Source: Thermomicrobium sp. (GTDB lineage Bacteria > Chloroflexota > Chloroflexia > Thermomicrobiales > Thermomicrobiaceae). Taken from it: a DNA stretch of 64,000 nt. The DNA lies in the NCBI GenBank assembly GCA_026419575.1, contig JANZZC010000133.1, positions 2,496-66,495 of the forward strand, written 5' to 3'. Positions 9,597-18,522 of this stretch are shown here, one piece after another. Under the pieces are notes generated by a model that was not told where the DNA came from, made no database searches, and was given only the letters and a program-made list of their open reading frames with translations. Position numbers and translations under genes: made by a program. How positions within the stretch are numbered: position 1 is the first letter of the stretch; each line of letters starts with the position of its first letter.

Positions 9597-11224
9597 CGTT
9601 CGTCCGCCTCCCGTGCCGCAGCGGCGCCGACCGCTGGCTCTTCGGTTCGCCCCGGTCGGATATCGGGTAGGAGCGTGCTGGCGACGAAGCCGATCGCGAT
9701 GAAGGCGGCGGCGACGATCGCGGTCCGTCGCGCTGCAGTGGTGAAGGCACGCTCGATCGCCTCGACGACGGCCGTCGTGCCGGGCTGCTGCCGCAGTTCC
9801 ACGAGGATCTGGCCGGCCGATTGCTTGGTGGCGCGGGCGATGGCGACGGCCTGCTCGGCCGGCAGACCGAGGTCGCGCAGCCGTGCCTCGGTGCCGGAGG
9901 AGAGTCCGGCGGCCAGGACGGCGCCGAGCAGGGCGATGCCGAGCGCCGCGCCGACCTGGCGCGTCGTGCTCTGCGTTCCCGAGGCCTGTCCGGACTGGGC
10001 TGTCGGTACCTCGGCGAGGATGACGCTCGTCAGTTGGGCGGTCGCGAGACCGACGCCGAGCCCGTACAGGAAGAGCGCAGGGGCGAGCCGCCAACCGGTC
10101 GTGGTGGGGGAGAGGAAGGGGACGATGAGCAGGAGTCCGCTGGCCTCCAGGATCATGCCCGCACGGACGACCTGCCGGGCGCCGAAGCGTTGGGCGAGGT
10201 TCGCCGCGGCTGGACCACCGAGGAAGGCGCCGATCGCTGTCGCCAAGAGGACGAAACCGGTCTGGAGCGCCGTATAGCCGAGCACCGCCTGCAAGTACAG
10301 GGGAAGGACGAAGACGATGCCGAACTCGCCCAGGCTCACGATGAGTGCTGCCAGGTTGCCCCAGCGGAAACTCGGGTAGCGGAAGAGCCGCAGGTCGAGG
10401 AGCACCGGCTGGCCTCGACGGATACGACGGAGTTCGTACCAGGCGAAAGCCGGCAGGACGAGCGCCGCGATCGCGAGCGCGATCGGGACGGGCGAGAGCG
10501 TGCGGAGCGGCCATTCCCAGGAACCGATCCGGAAGGTGTCCGTCGGATGCCACCAGCCGTAGCGTTCGCCCTCGATGAGACCGAAGACGAGAGCGCCGAA
10601 ACCGAGCGCACTCGAGACGATACCGAGGAGATCCAACCCGCGTTGCGTGTGCGGGTCGCGCGTCTCGGGGACCGTCAGAAGTGCCACGGTACCGGCCAGG
10701 AGACCGAGCGGGAGGTTGATGCCGAAGGCCCACCGCCAGGAGAAGTCGGTCGTGAGCCAGCCGCCAACCAGCGGACCGAGGGCCGCGACGCCGCCGATGA
10801 CCGAGCCCCAGATCCCGAAGGCGATCGCGCGTTCGCGTCCGCGGAACATCGCGTTCACGCTGGAGAGGGTCGAGGGCAAGATGAAGGCGGCTCCGATCCC
10901 TTGGGCGGCGCGTGCCGCGATCAGGAGCCCGCCGCTGGGCGCGATGGCGCAGAGGAGGCTGGCGAGGACGAAGAGACCCAGACCGATGAGGTACACCCGT
11001 TTGCGGCCGAAGAGATCGCCCAGGCGACCGACCGTGACGAGGAGCGCAGCGAAGACGAGGGAGTAGACCGAGTTGATCCATTCGGCATCGGTGAGCTGGA
11101 GGCCGAGGTCAGCGATGATGCTGGGGATCGCCACGTTGACGATCGTCGCGTCGACGATGATCATAGCGAGACCGAGGGCGAGCGAAGCGAGCCCGATCCA
11201 CCGCATGCTTCCGTTCACCTGCAT
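9593..11224 (-). CDS. MFS transporter, DHA2 (EmrB/QacA, 14-TMS) family
   Basis: Start MQVNGSMRWIGLASLALGLAMIIVDATIVNVAIPSI with GGAGGAG upstream. Motif GRLGDLFGRKRVYLIGL. 543 aa. The track ORF extension beyond 11224 is non-coding-looking. Confidence 0.88.
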   Translation of the reverse strand: MQVNGSMRWIGLASLALGLAMIIVDATIVNVAIPSIIADLGLQLTDAEWINSVYSLVFAALLVTVGRLGDLFGRKRVYLIGLGLFVLASLLCAIAPSGGLLIAARAAQGIGAAFILPSTLSSVNAMFRGRERAIAFGIWGSVIGGVAALGPLVGGWLTTDFSWRWAFGINLPLGLLAGTVALLTVPETRDPHTQRGLDLLGIVSSALGFGALVFGLIEGERYGWWHPTDTFRIGSWEWPLRTLSPVPIALAIAALVLPAFAWYELRRIRRGQPVLLDLRLFRYPSFRWGNLAALIVSLGEFGIVFVLPLYLQAVLGYTALQTGFVLLATAIGAFLGGPAAANLAQRFGARQVVRAGMILEASGLLLIVPFLSPTTTGWRLAPALFLYGLGVGLATAQLTSVILAEVPTAQSGQASGTQSTTRQVGAALGIALLGAVLAAGLSSGTEARLRDLGLPAEQAVAIARATKQSAGQILVELRQQPGTTAVVEAIERAFTTAARRTAIVAAAFIAIGFVASTLLPDIRPGRTEEPAVGAAAAREADER

Positions 11225-11334
11225 CTCGTCTCCTCCGGAGACTACTGAAGATTGGTAAGAAGACCGCCGAATCCAAGCGTACCACGGTGCGCACTGCGTC
11301 GGCTGGCGTCGCCAGTCGTGCGCGTCGTCCTTCG

Positions 11335-11679
11335 CTAGGCGATCGGGCTCCCCAGTTCGGCCTCGCTGTCCGGTTGCAGGAGGACGACGCGGCCGTCGGG
11401 TTGGATCGCGCCCAAGACGAGCACTTCCGATGGGAAGCCGGCGACCCGTCGCACCGGCAGATTGACGACGGCGATGACCAGTCGGCCGATCAGCGCATTC
11501 GGTTCGTACCAAGGTCTGATCGCGGCGGACGACCGCTTCATGCCGAGCGGGCCGAAGTCGATGGTGAGCTTGTACGAGGGCTTGCGCGCCTCGGGAAACG
11601 GGTCGACCGCGACGATGCGGCCCACGCGCATGTCGACGCGCTGGAACTCCTCGGGAGTTACGCGTGCTTTCGGTTCCAT
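11335..11679 (-). CDS. csaA: tRNA-binding (EMAP/CsaA-type) protein
   Basis: 114 aa. F..VDMRVGRIV....FPEARKPSYKL.IDFG matches the CsaA/tRNA_bind domain. ATG with GGGGGAGG upstream. Confidence 0.85.
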   Translation of the reverse strand: MEPKARVTPEEFQRVDMRVGRIVAVDPFPEARKPSYKLTIDFGPLGMKRSSAAIRPWYEPNALIGRLVIAVVNLPVRRVAGFPSEVLVLGAIQPDGRVVLLQPDSEAELGSPIA

Positions 11680-11759
11680 CCGGTACCTCCCCCGACCGCC
11701 GTTCGGAAGCGTACCATCGACTGCGCAGAGCGAGCCCGGTGTCCTTGCCGGAGGCGCGC

Positions 11760-12500
11760 ATGGAGCGAGAAACGACCCGACCGCCGACGACCGATCCGCA
11801 GGACGAGCGCTTGGATGTCCTCACCGCGGAGGGTGCTCGGACCGGCACCACCGCATCCCGCGGCGAGGTGCACGCGCGCGGTCTCTGGCACCCTGCCTTC
11901 CATCTCTGGATCGCTTACCAGGAGCGCGGGGAGTTCACCGTGCTCCTGCAGCGCCGGAGCCTCACCAAGGACACCATGCCAGGCAAGGTCGACGTGAGCG
12001 TCGGTGGACACTTTCGTGCCGGCGAGTACGATCCCGGCAATCGTGGATCACGACGCGTTCTCCGAGCCGTGTGCCGGGAACTCGCCGAAGAGCTCGGTCT
12101 CGCAGTGGATCCCGGCGTTCTCCGGTGGGTCGGTACCCGCTGGTCGGAGGCCTGCAGCGCCGGTGTCGTCGACCGCGAGGTGCAGGAGCTGTTCGTCTGG
12201 TTGCCCGCTCGTCGACCGGAACGTCTGGTTCCCGATCCTCGCGAGGTATCGGCGGTCCTCGCCGTGCCGGTGGGCGCGTTGCGCCGACTTCTCGGCGACG
12301 GGGTGGAAGCCGACGTGGTGGTGCTGTGGCGAGACGGCACCGAACCGCTCGGCAGGGAACATGTCGGCCGCGCCGACCTGGTGCCGGGTCGAGGGGGTTA
12401 CTGGCTGGCCATGCTGGAGCTCTTGGAACGCTGGCGGCACGGTCAGGAGTTCGAGCCGCTGGTCTTGCGCGATCAAGCCGGATGCGGGGAAGAAGCCTGA
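11760..12500 (+). CDS. Nudix hydrolase family protein
   Basis: Nudix box elements GGHFRAGE ... RELAEELGL (see findings for the unusual spacing). ATG 11760 chosen as the first Met after the csaA overlap. Confidence 0.75.
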   Translation: MERETTRPPTTDPQDERLDVLTAEGARTGTTASRGEVHARGLWHPAFHLWIAYQERGEFTVLLQRRSLTKDTMPGKVDVSVGGHFRAGEYDPGNRGSRRVLRAVCRELAEELGLAVDPGVLRWVGTRWSEACSAGVVDREVQELFVWLPARRPERLVPDPREVSAVLAVPVGALRRLLGDGVEADVVVLWRDGTEPLGREHVGRADLVPGRGGYWLAMLELLERWRHGQEFEPLVLRDQAGCGEEA

Positions 12501-12805
12501 GCGCTGGCCACGTCGGAGGCGAGCGTGCCGGTGCGCACGATCCTGCCTTCGTTGCGGTGCTGTCTCGGCGGGTCGAGCGATCGGGCGTGCGGTCCGCTCG
12601 TACCGTGGCGAGCATCGTCGGGTCTCACGACGAGCAGGCGGGCGCCACGGTGACGACCGTCGGGCGAGCGCCGTCCTGCGGTGCCGCCAGCGTGTCCGAC
12701 CGATCACCGGCGAATCCGCCCGGTGGTCGCCCCGACGCGAGGAGTCCGAGGAAATACTCCCCGAACCCCTCGCGTCGCCAACCAGCTGCGCGGATCGGCC
12801 GACGC

Positions 12806-14377
12806 TCAGTCGATGTAGTTGTAGGCGATGAACGTCAGGAACTCGATGAACTCGTCGGAGAGCACCAGGCGATCCAGAATCTCCCGAGCTTCACCGAGCC
12901 GGCCGACTCCGGGCCCACCCAACTTCGCGACTTCCTCGTCCCTGATCCGCTCGTAGAGCTCGGCCGTGACCGGTCGGCCGTCATCGAGTTCCGCACCGTG
13001 GAAGCGCCATTGCCAGAGTTGCGCGCGCGAGATTTCCGCCGTCGCGGTGTCCTCCATGAGGTTGAAGATCGCGGCGGCTCCCTGGCCGCGCAGCCAGTTG
13101 TCGAGGTACTGGAGCGCGACGCTGACGTTGTTCCGCAGCCCACCTTCGGTGATGCGACCGCCCGGCACGCGCACGTCGAGAAGATCGCGCGCCGTCACCC
13201 GCACGTCCTCGCGCAGGCGATCCTTCTGGTGCGGCTTCTCGCCGAGGACGCGATCGAACACTTCCATGGCGACCGGGACGAGGTCGGGATGGGCGACCCA
13301 GGTCCCGTCGAACCCATCGTTGGCCTCGCGCTCCTTGTCCTCGCGCACCTTAGCGAGCGCGACCTCGTTGACCTGCGGGTCGCGGCGGCTCGGGATGAAG
13401 GCCGCCATGCCGCCGATCGCGTGCGCACCACGGCGATGACAGGTGCGGACGAGGAGTTCGGTGTACGCCCGCATGAACGGGACGGTCATCGTGACCTGCG
13501 CGCGATCCGGGAGAAGGAACTCGCGATGCCGGCGGAACTTCTTGATGATGCTGAAAATGTAGTCCCAGCGTCCGGCGTTGAGCCCAGCAGCGTGATCGCG
13601 CAGCTCCCAGAGGATCTCGTCCATCTCGAACGCCGCGAGGATCGTTTCGATCAAGACGGTCGCCCGGATGGTTCCGCGCGGGATACCGAGCCGATCCTGA
13701 GCGAAGTTGAACACGTCGTTCCAGAGCCGGGCTTCGAGGTGGCTCTCGAGTTTCGGGAGATAGAAATACGGTCCCGAACCGCGGGCGAGGAGCTCGTGGG
13801 CGTTGTGGAAGAAGTAGAGGCCGAAGTCGAAGAGGCTCGCCGAGATCGGCTCGCCGTCGACGAGCACGTGTCGCTCGACGAGGTGCCAGCCCCGCGGGCG
13901 GACGACCAAGGTGGCTGTCTTCTCGGCCAGGCGGTAGACTCGGCCATCCGGGCTCTCGAAACTGATCGTGCGACGCACCGCGTCGCGCAGGTTGATCTGT
14001 CCTTGGACGACGTTCGCCCAGGTCGGCGACAACGCATCCTCGAAGTCGGCCATGAAGACGCGGGCACCGGAATTGAGCGCGTTGATCATCATCTTGCGGT
14101 CGACCGGCCCGGTGATCTCGACGCGCCGGTCTTCGAGGTCGGGTGGTGCCGGTGCGACGCGCCACTCGCTCTCGCGGATATGGGCCGTCTCCGGGAGAAA
14201 GTCGGGAAGTTGCCCAGCGTCGAGTGCTCGCTGCCTCTCGGCGCGACGTGCGAGCAGCTCCAGACGACGCGGGTTGAATTCCCGGTGGAGGGCAGCGACC
14301 AAGTCGAGCGCTGGCTCGGTGAGGATCTCGGCGAACTCCGGGGTGACCGGACCGACGACGCGCACCTCTCGACCCAT
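12806..14377 (-). CDS. aceB: malate synthase A
   Basis: 523 aa. [47 protein letters not shown] and [11 protein letters not shown] are classical malate synthase A blocks. ATG with GAGGGAGGA upstream. Confidence 0.95.
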   Translation of the reverse strand: MGREVRVVGPVTPEFAEILTEPALDLVAALHREFNPRRLELLARRAERQRALDAGQLPDFLPETAHIRESEWRVAPAPPDLEDRRVEITGPVDRKMMINALNSGARVFMADFEDALSPTWANVVQGQINLRDAVRRTISFESPDGRVYRLAEKTATLVVRPRGWHLVERHVLVDGEPISASLFDFGLYFFHNAHELLARGSGPYFYLPKLESHLEARLWNDVFNFAQDRLGIPRGTIRATVLIETILAAFEMDEILWELRDHAAGLNAGRWDYIFSIIKKFRRHREFLLPDRAQVTMTVPFMRAYTELLVRTCHRRGAHAIGGMAAFIPSRRDPQVNEVALAKVREDKEREANDGFDGTWVAHPDLVPVAMEVFDRVLGEKPHQKDRLREDVRVTARDLLDVRVPGGRITEGGLRNNVSVALQYLDNWLRGQGAAAIFNLMEDTATAEISRAQLWQWRFHGAELDDGRPVTAELYERIRDEEVAKLGGPGVGRLGEAREILDRLVLSDEFIEFLTFIAYNYID

Positions 14378-14435
14378 ACCTGATCCTCCCTCACCTGGTG
14401 ATCTCGCCGACCGTCCGGGGCGATTGTAACGGAAA

Positions 14436-14471
14436 CGAGCTGGGAGAGGACGCGCGTCCTCTCCCAGCTCG
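14436..14471 (-). terminator. 15-bp perfect intercistronic hairpin between aceA and aceB (partial terminator or mRNA-stabilising stem)
   Basis: CGAGCTGGGAGAGGA-cgcgcg-TCCTCTCCCAGCTCG. On the minus strand it is followed by TTTCCGTT. It sits 5 nt after the aceA stop. Confidence 0.45.
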
Positions 14472-14476
14472 TACGG

Positions 14477-15637
14477 TCAGACGACCGCTTCTTCAGGAAG
14501 GTCTTCTTCGAACTGCGTACCGAGGCGTGGCGCGTCGTACACCTGGCCGAGGAGGTGGTGGTAGGGGACGCCCGAGAAGAAGTGATGGCTGCGGGTGGGG
14601 AAGTCGGTCCCCGGTGCCCACTCGCGCTTCTGGAGATCGATGTACGCCTCCTGCTGGCGGGCAGCGAGGTCCTGGAGCAGTTCGCTGAAGCCGAGTCCCA
14701 TCGCGTGTTGCGCAGCGAGGGTGATGAAGATGAACCGGACACCCATTTCGCCGAGCTCGCGGAAGCTGATCGGGTCGGGATCCGTGAACCACTTGAACGA
14801 CGACGACCAGTTGAAGGCGAAGCGCGCCTCGGGGAAGCGCTTCCGCACTTCCTCGACGAACGTCTCCAGTGGGCCGCGCTCGGAGGTTGGGAACTCGCAC
14901 CAGATCAAGTCCGGAACTCCGCTGTCGAGGTAGCGGAGCGCGCGCTCGATCGCCAGCGGCAGTCCGCGCAGGGATTCGGGAGCATCCACCGCCGAGACTC
15001 CATCGGTGCGAGCGATGATGACGAAGTCCGGATTGCCGAGGTCATCCGCGACGGCCCGCATCATCTTGAGCTTGCCGACCATCTCGCGGGCAGGGATGAG
15101 CGCCTTGCCGGCGATGTGCCCGCAACGCTTGGGCATGACCTGGTCCTCGATGTGCGCGCCAGCCACGCCGGCCGTGACGTAGAGCTCGGTCGTCCGCTGC
15201 ACGTTGAAGATGTTGCCATAGCCCGTATCCATGTCGGCGACGACCGGCGGGATGTGGAGGTGCCTGGGAGGAATGCCCTTCTCCGGATCGCCGACGGCCA
15301 TCGTGAGTTGGAACTTGCGGAGCGCCGAAACGATACGACGCGCCGCGTCAGCGATCTCGACACTGGCGTAGAGATCCATGTCGGTCGTTCCCAGGTGGCC
15401 GATCGCGAAGGAGTAGCCGCTGAAGTAGACCGCCGGGAAACCGTAGTACATGACGAGTTCCGCACCGTGCGGATCGAAGACGCCCGGCGCGAAGACGTAC
15501 GGGAGAGTGTCGAGCAGCTGGCGGAGTCGGGTGCTGGGATGGATCCAACGGGATGCCGGAACGGTGAAGCCGGGCGGCAGCAACGGCGTTTCACGGAGTT
15601 CTTCGGGATTCCCTGGGGGCTGGGGCAGCGACCACAT
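14477..15637 (-). CDS. aceA: isocitrate lyase (ICL/PEP-mutase superfamily)
   Basis: ICL signature KRCGHIAGK and the DMDTGYG metal site. It lies immediately upstream of aceB. Start MWSLPQ chosen because AAGGAGGAA lies 5 nt upstream. Confidence 0.85.
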   Translation of the reverse strand: MWSLPQPPGNPEELRETPLLPPGFTVPASRWIHPSTRLRQLLDTLPYVFAPGVFDPHGAELVMYYGFPAVYFSGYSFAIGHLGTTDMDLYASVEIADAARRIVSALRKFQLTMAVGDPEKGIPPRHLHIPPVVADMDTGYGNIFNVQRTTELYVTAGVAGAHIEDQVMPKRCGHIAGKALIPAREMVGKLKMMRAVADDLGNPDFVIIARTDGVSAVDAPESLRGLPLAIERALRYLDSGVPDLIWCEFPTSERGPLETFVEEVRKRFPEARFAFNWSSSFKWFTDPDPISFRELGEMGVRFIFITLAAQHAMGLGFSELLQDLAARQQEAYIDLQKREWAPGTDFPTRSHHFFSGVPYHHLLGQVYDAPRLGTQFEEDLPEEAVV

Positions 15638-15887
15638 GGCGTTCCTCCTTCCCTCGGGGACGACCTGAATTTCGTGCATACCGGACACGGTTCTCGGTAT
15701 CAACGGGCTCGGAGGCTTCGGTTCTCGTCATGAGAACACCTTATGAACGAGGGGCGGTCAGCGTCCTACGTGCGGTCCCGCGGTGGGGGTATCGGGGGAA
15801 TGCCGGTACGGTGTCCTCGCGACGGGCACTGGCCTTTCCATCTCGTTCCTCCCGCTCCAGAAGCCCGAAGGCGAGCTCGCCCGCTGC

Positions 15888-15916
15888 TTCACAGCATATC
15901 CATATCGGCATATAAT
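15888..15916 (+). promoter_or_regulatory. candidate sigma-70-type promoter for the LysR gene (TTCACA-17 nt-TATAAT)
   Basis: TTCACA at 15888-15893 and TATAAT at 15911-15916 with a 17-nt spacer, about 43 nt upstream of ATG 15959. An AT-rich ATAT-N10-ATAT element overlaps it and is a possible LysR box. Confidence 0.4.
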
Positions 15917-15958
15917 GGCCAATAGCACTTCGTGATGCGCCGTATAGGGGGCATCTAT

Positions 15959-16858
15959 ATGGATGTGAGCTTGCGGCAACTCCAGGTGTTCCGAGCGGTA
16001 GCCCGGCACCGGAGCTTTTCCCGCGCAGCGGAGGAGCTGGTCATCAGCCAGCCGGCGGTCTCCGCGCAGATCAAATCGCTCGAGCAGGTGCTCAATGTCC
16101 CTCTCTTCCAGCGGACCGGTCGCGGTGTCGAGCTGACCGAGGCAGGCCGCCAGCTTCTCCCGTATGCCGAGCGGATGCTCGATCTCCTGGAGGAAGCGCT
16201 GACCGCGGTGCACGAGCTCCGAGCGGCCCAACGGGGGCGCGTCCGCGTCGCGGCGAGCACGACGGCCGGCATCTACGTGGTGCCGAAAGCGCTCGGCGCC
16301 TTTCACCGTGCCTATCCGGGCGTCGAGCTCTCGCTCGACGTCCTGAACCGCTACGCTGTCCAGCAGCGTCTCCTCGCCGGCGACGCAGACCTTGCGATCA
16401 TGGGGCTGATCGAGGACCCGCAGGACTTGGAGATCGCCCAGTTCTTGCCGAACGAACTCGTCGTGATCGCGTCCCCACGCCATCCGTTGGCTCGCCGGCA
16501 TCGGATCCCGCTCGAGGAGATCGCGCGCGAACCGTTCCTGGTGCGCGAGATCGGCTCGGGGACGCGCAGCGACACGGAACGCATCTTCGCCGAGGCGGGC
16601 TTCCCGTTGCGCGTCGCCATGGAGCTGCGGAGCAACGGCGCGATCAAGCAGGCTGTGGCAGCCGACCTCGGCGTCGCGGTGATGCCGCGGGACGCGATCG
16701 GACTCGAGTTGGAGACCGGGCGACTCGTCGTCCTCGACGTGCAAGGTTTTCCGGTCCGGCGTTGGTGGTCTCTCGTCCGCCGAGCCGGTCGTCCGGTATC
16801 ACCGGCAGCCGACGCGCTCTGGCATTTCCTGCTGCAGTACCGCCTGCAGCCTCACTGA
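15959..16858 (+). CDS. LysR family transcriptional regulator (divergent from aceA-aceB)
   Basis: N-terminal wHTH LRQLQVFRAVARHRSFSRAAEELVISQPAVSAQIKSLE plus a LysR substrate-binding domain. Confidence 0.9.
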   Translation: MDVSLRQLQVFRAVARHRSFSRAAEELVISQPAVSAQIKSLEQVLNVPLFQRTGRGVELTEAGRQLLPYAERMLDLLEEALTAVHELRAAQRGRVRVAASTTAGIYVVPKALGAFHRAYPGVELSLDVLNRYAVQQRLLAGDADLAIMGLIEDPQDLEIAQFLPNELVVIASPRHPLARRHRIPLEEIAREPFLVREIGSGTRSDTERIFAEAGFPLRVAMELRSNGAIKQAVAADLGVAVMPRDAIGLELETGRLVVLDVQGFPVRRWWSLVRRAGRPVSPAADALWHFLLQYRLQPH

Positions 16859-17700
16859 GGGAGATCGAGGCCGGGGAGCGGCGGATGGTCCATGCCGAGC
16901 AGGTCCATGAGGAGGAGCGCGTTCCGCGGCCCCTGGTTCCCGTAGTTCGTGTTGAAGAAGACGTGCACTTCTTGGACTTCTTCCTGGGCACGGCGGAGCT
17001 TCGGAGTCCATTCCTGTAGTTCCTCCGGCCGATACTCCCAGTTGAAGCGTTCTCCCGTTCTGCCGGTGAAGCGGTACCAGGTCTCGGCGTTGCGCCCGTG
17101 GAAGCGCACGACGGCGAGACGAGGATTGGTGACCGCGTAGATCGGGGGAACGCAGCCGACTCCGACTTGCGGCTCGTCGACCATCGTGTAGGCGAGCCCC
17201 GCCTCGCGGAGCAGTGCGAGCGTCTCGTCGCGATGGCGGGGATCGAGCCAGTCGCGCCGGCGGAACTCGACGGACAGCGGGAGACCGGGAAAGAGTTCCG
17301 GGAGCAGACGAAGGTACTCGCGATGCTCCTCAGTGTTCCGGTAGGAGGGCGGGAACTGGAAAGTGATCGCCCCGAGTTTTCCCGCCTCGATCAAGGGTTC
17401 GAGCGCCTCCACGAAGCGGCGGGCGAGATCGGCATCGGGCACCGGTGCCTCGCCCCCCGGCTGTTCGGGAGTCGCCGTCAATTGACGCGGCGGCTTGACG
17501 TCGAAGACGAAACCGGGTGGGGTCCGTTCCACCCAGCCCTGGACGACGCGGCGGGACGGGATAGCGTAGTAGGTCGAGTTGACCTCGACGATCGGGAAGT
17601 ACCGAGCGTAAAAGCGGATGCGATCGCGCGCCTCGATCCCGGGTGGATAGAAGTTCTCGTGGTCGGTCCAGGACGATGTGCCGATCAGGATCCGTCCCAT
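16852..17700 (-). CDS. DUF72 (UPF0759) family protein
   Basis: IGTSSWTD...FYP......R..FYA..F..VEVNSTYY is the typical DUF72 opening. 282 aa. Confidence 0.88.
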   Translation of the reverse strand: MGRILIGTSSWTDHENFYPPGIEARDRIRFYARYFPIVEVNSTYYAIPSRRVVQGWVERTPPGFVFDVKPPRQLTATPEQPGGEAPVPDADLARRFVEALEPLIEAGKLGAITFQFPPSYRNTEEHREYLRLLPELFPGLPLSVEFRRRDWLDPRHRDETLALLREAGLAYTMVDEPQVGVGCVPPIYAVTNPRLAVVRFHGRNAETWYRFTGRTGERFNWEYRPEELQEWTPKLRRAQEEVQEVHVFFNTNYGNQGPRNALLLMDLLGMDHPPLPGLDLPQ

Positions 17701-17805
17701 GGGTTCCCTCCGGTCGTCGATCGTAACACGCCGTTCCGTGGCACCGGATATCGCGATACGCTACGCTTGGCGACGTGAAACGCTGGTACAGGGAAGGGGG
17801 CCGGG

Positions 17806-18522
17806 ATGGCGATACTCTCTCCAGCCGATCAGGAGTACCTGCGGGGCGTCTTCGCGGAGCGTCTGCGCGACCCGGTGACGATCGAGCTGTACACGCAGCG
17901 CGTCACCGCGATCAGTATCCCCGGATACGAGTGCGCGACGTGCCGGGAGACGAACCAGCTTCTCGAAGAAGTCGCCGCGTTGTCCGACAAGATCACGCTG
18001 CAGATGTACGACCTTTTGCAGGACGCCGAGCGTGCCCGGGCGGCGGGAATCGAGGAGATCCCGGCCATCGTCCTCAAGGGCCACAACAAGGGAACGCTCC
18101 GCTTCATCGGCGTGCCCGCCGGGTACGAGTTCGCGACGCTCATCGAGGACATCATCGACGTCTCGCGCGGCACCACCGAGCTGTCGCCGTTGAGTCGCGA
18201 GACGCTCGCCAAGCTCGCCCAACCGGTCCATATCAAGGTCTTCGTGACGCCTACTTGACCCTACTGCCCACGTGTCGCCAGGTTGGCGCACATGATGGCG
18301 ATCGAGAGCGAGAAGGTCATCGCTGACGTCGTCGAGGTCAGCGAGTTCCCCCACATCGCACAGCGGTATCGGGTTTTCGCCGTTCCCAAGGTCGTCATCA
18401 ACGAAGCGCTCGAGTTCGAGGGAGCGCGGCCGGAGGCAGCGTTCGTCGCCATGGTCGAGTCGGTGGCCGGATCGCCGCCGACGGACAACGAGAAGGGAGA
18501 CGGTACCTCGTCCGGCGGATGA
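17806..18522 (+). CDS. two-domain thioredoxin-fold protein disulfide oxidoreductase / glutaredoxin-like protein, probable selenoprotein (TGA 18256-18258 read as Sec)
   Basis: Track ORFs 17806-18258 and 18283-18522 are in the same frame. Read-through gives VFVTPT-U-PYCPRVARLAHMMAIE...FPHIAQRYRVFAVPKVVINE, so TGA replaces the first Cys of the expected TPTCPYCP. The N-terminal unit keeps CATC. A SECIS-like hairpin follows, and selB is in the window. Confidence 0.75.
18265..18300 (+). promoter_or_regulatory. candidate bacterial SECIS hairpin
   Basis: Upper stem G72-C91, U73-A90, G74-C89, bulged U75, then C76-G88, G77-C87, C78-G86, C79-G85 (coordinates are 182xx). Loop is A-G-G-U-U (18280-18284). 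Lower stem 18265-18270 pairs with 18293-18300. It starts 7 nt after the TGA. Confidence 0.6.
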
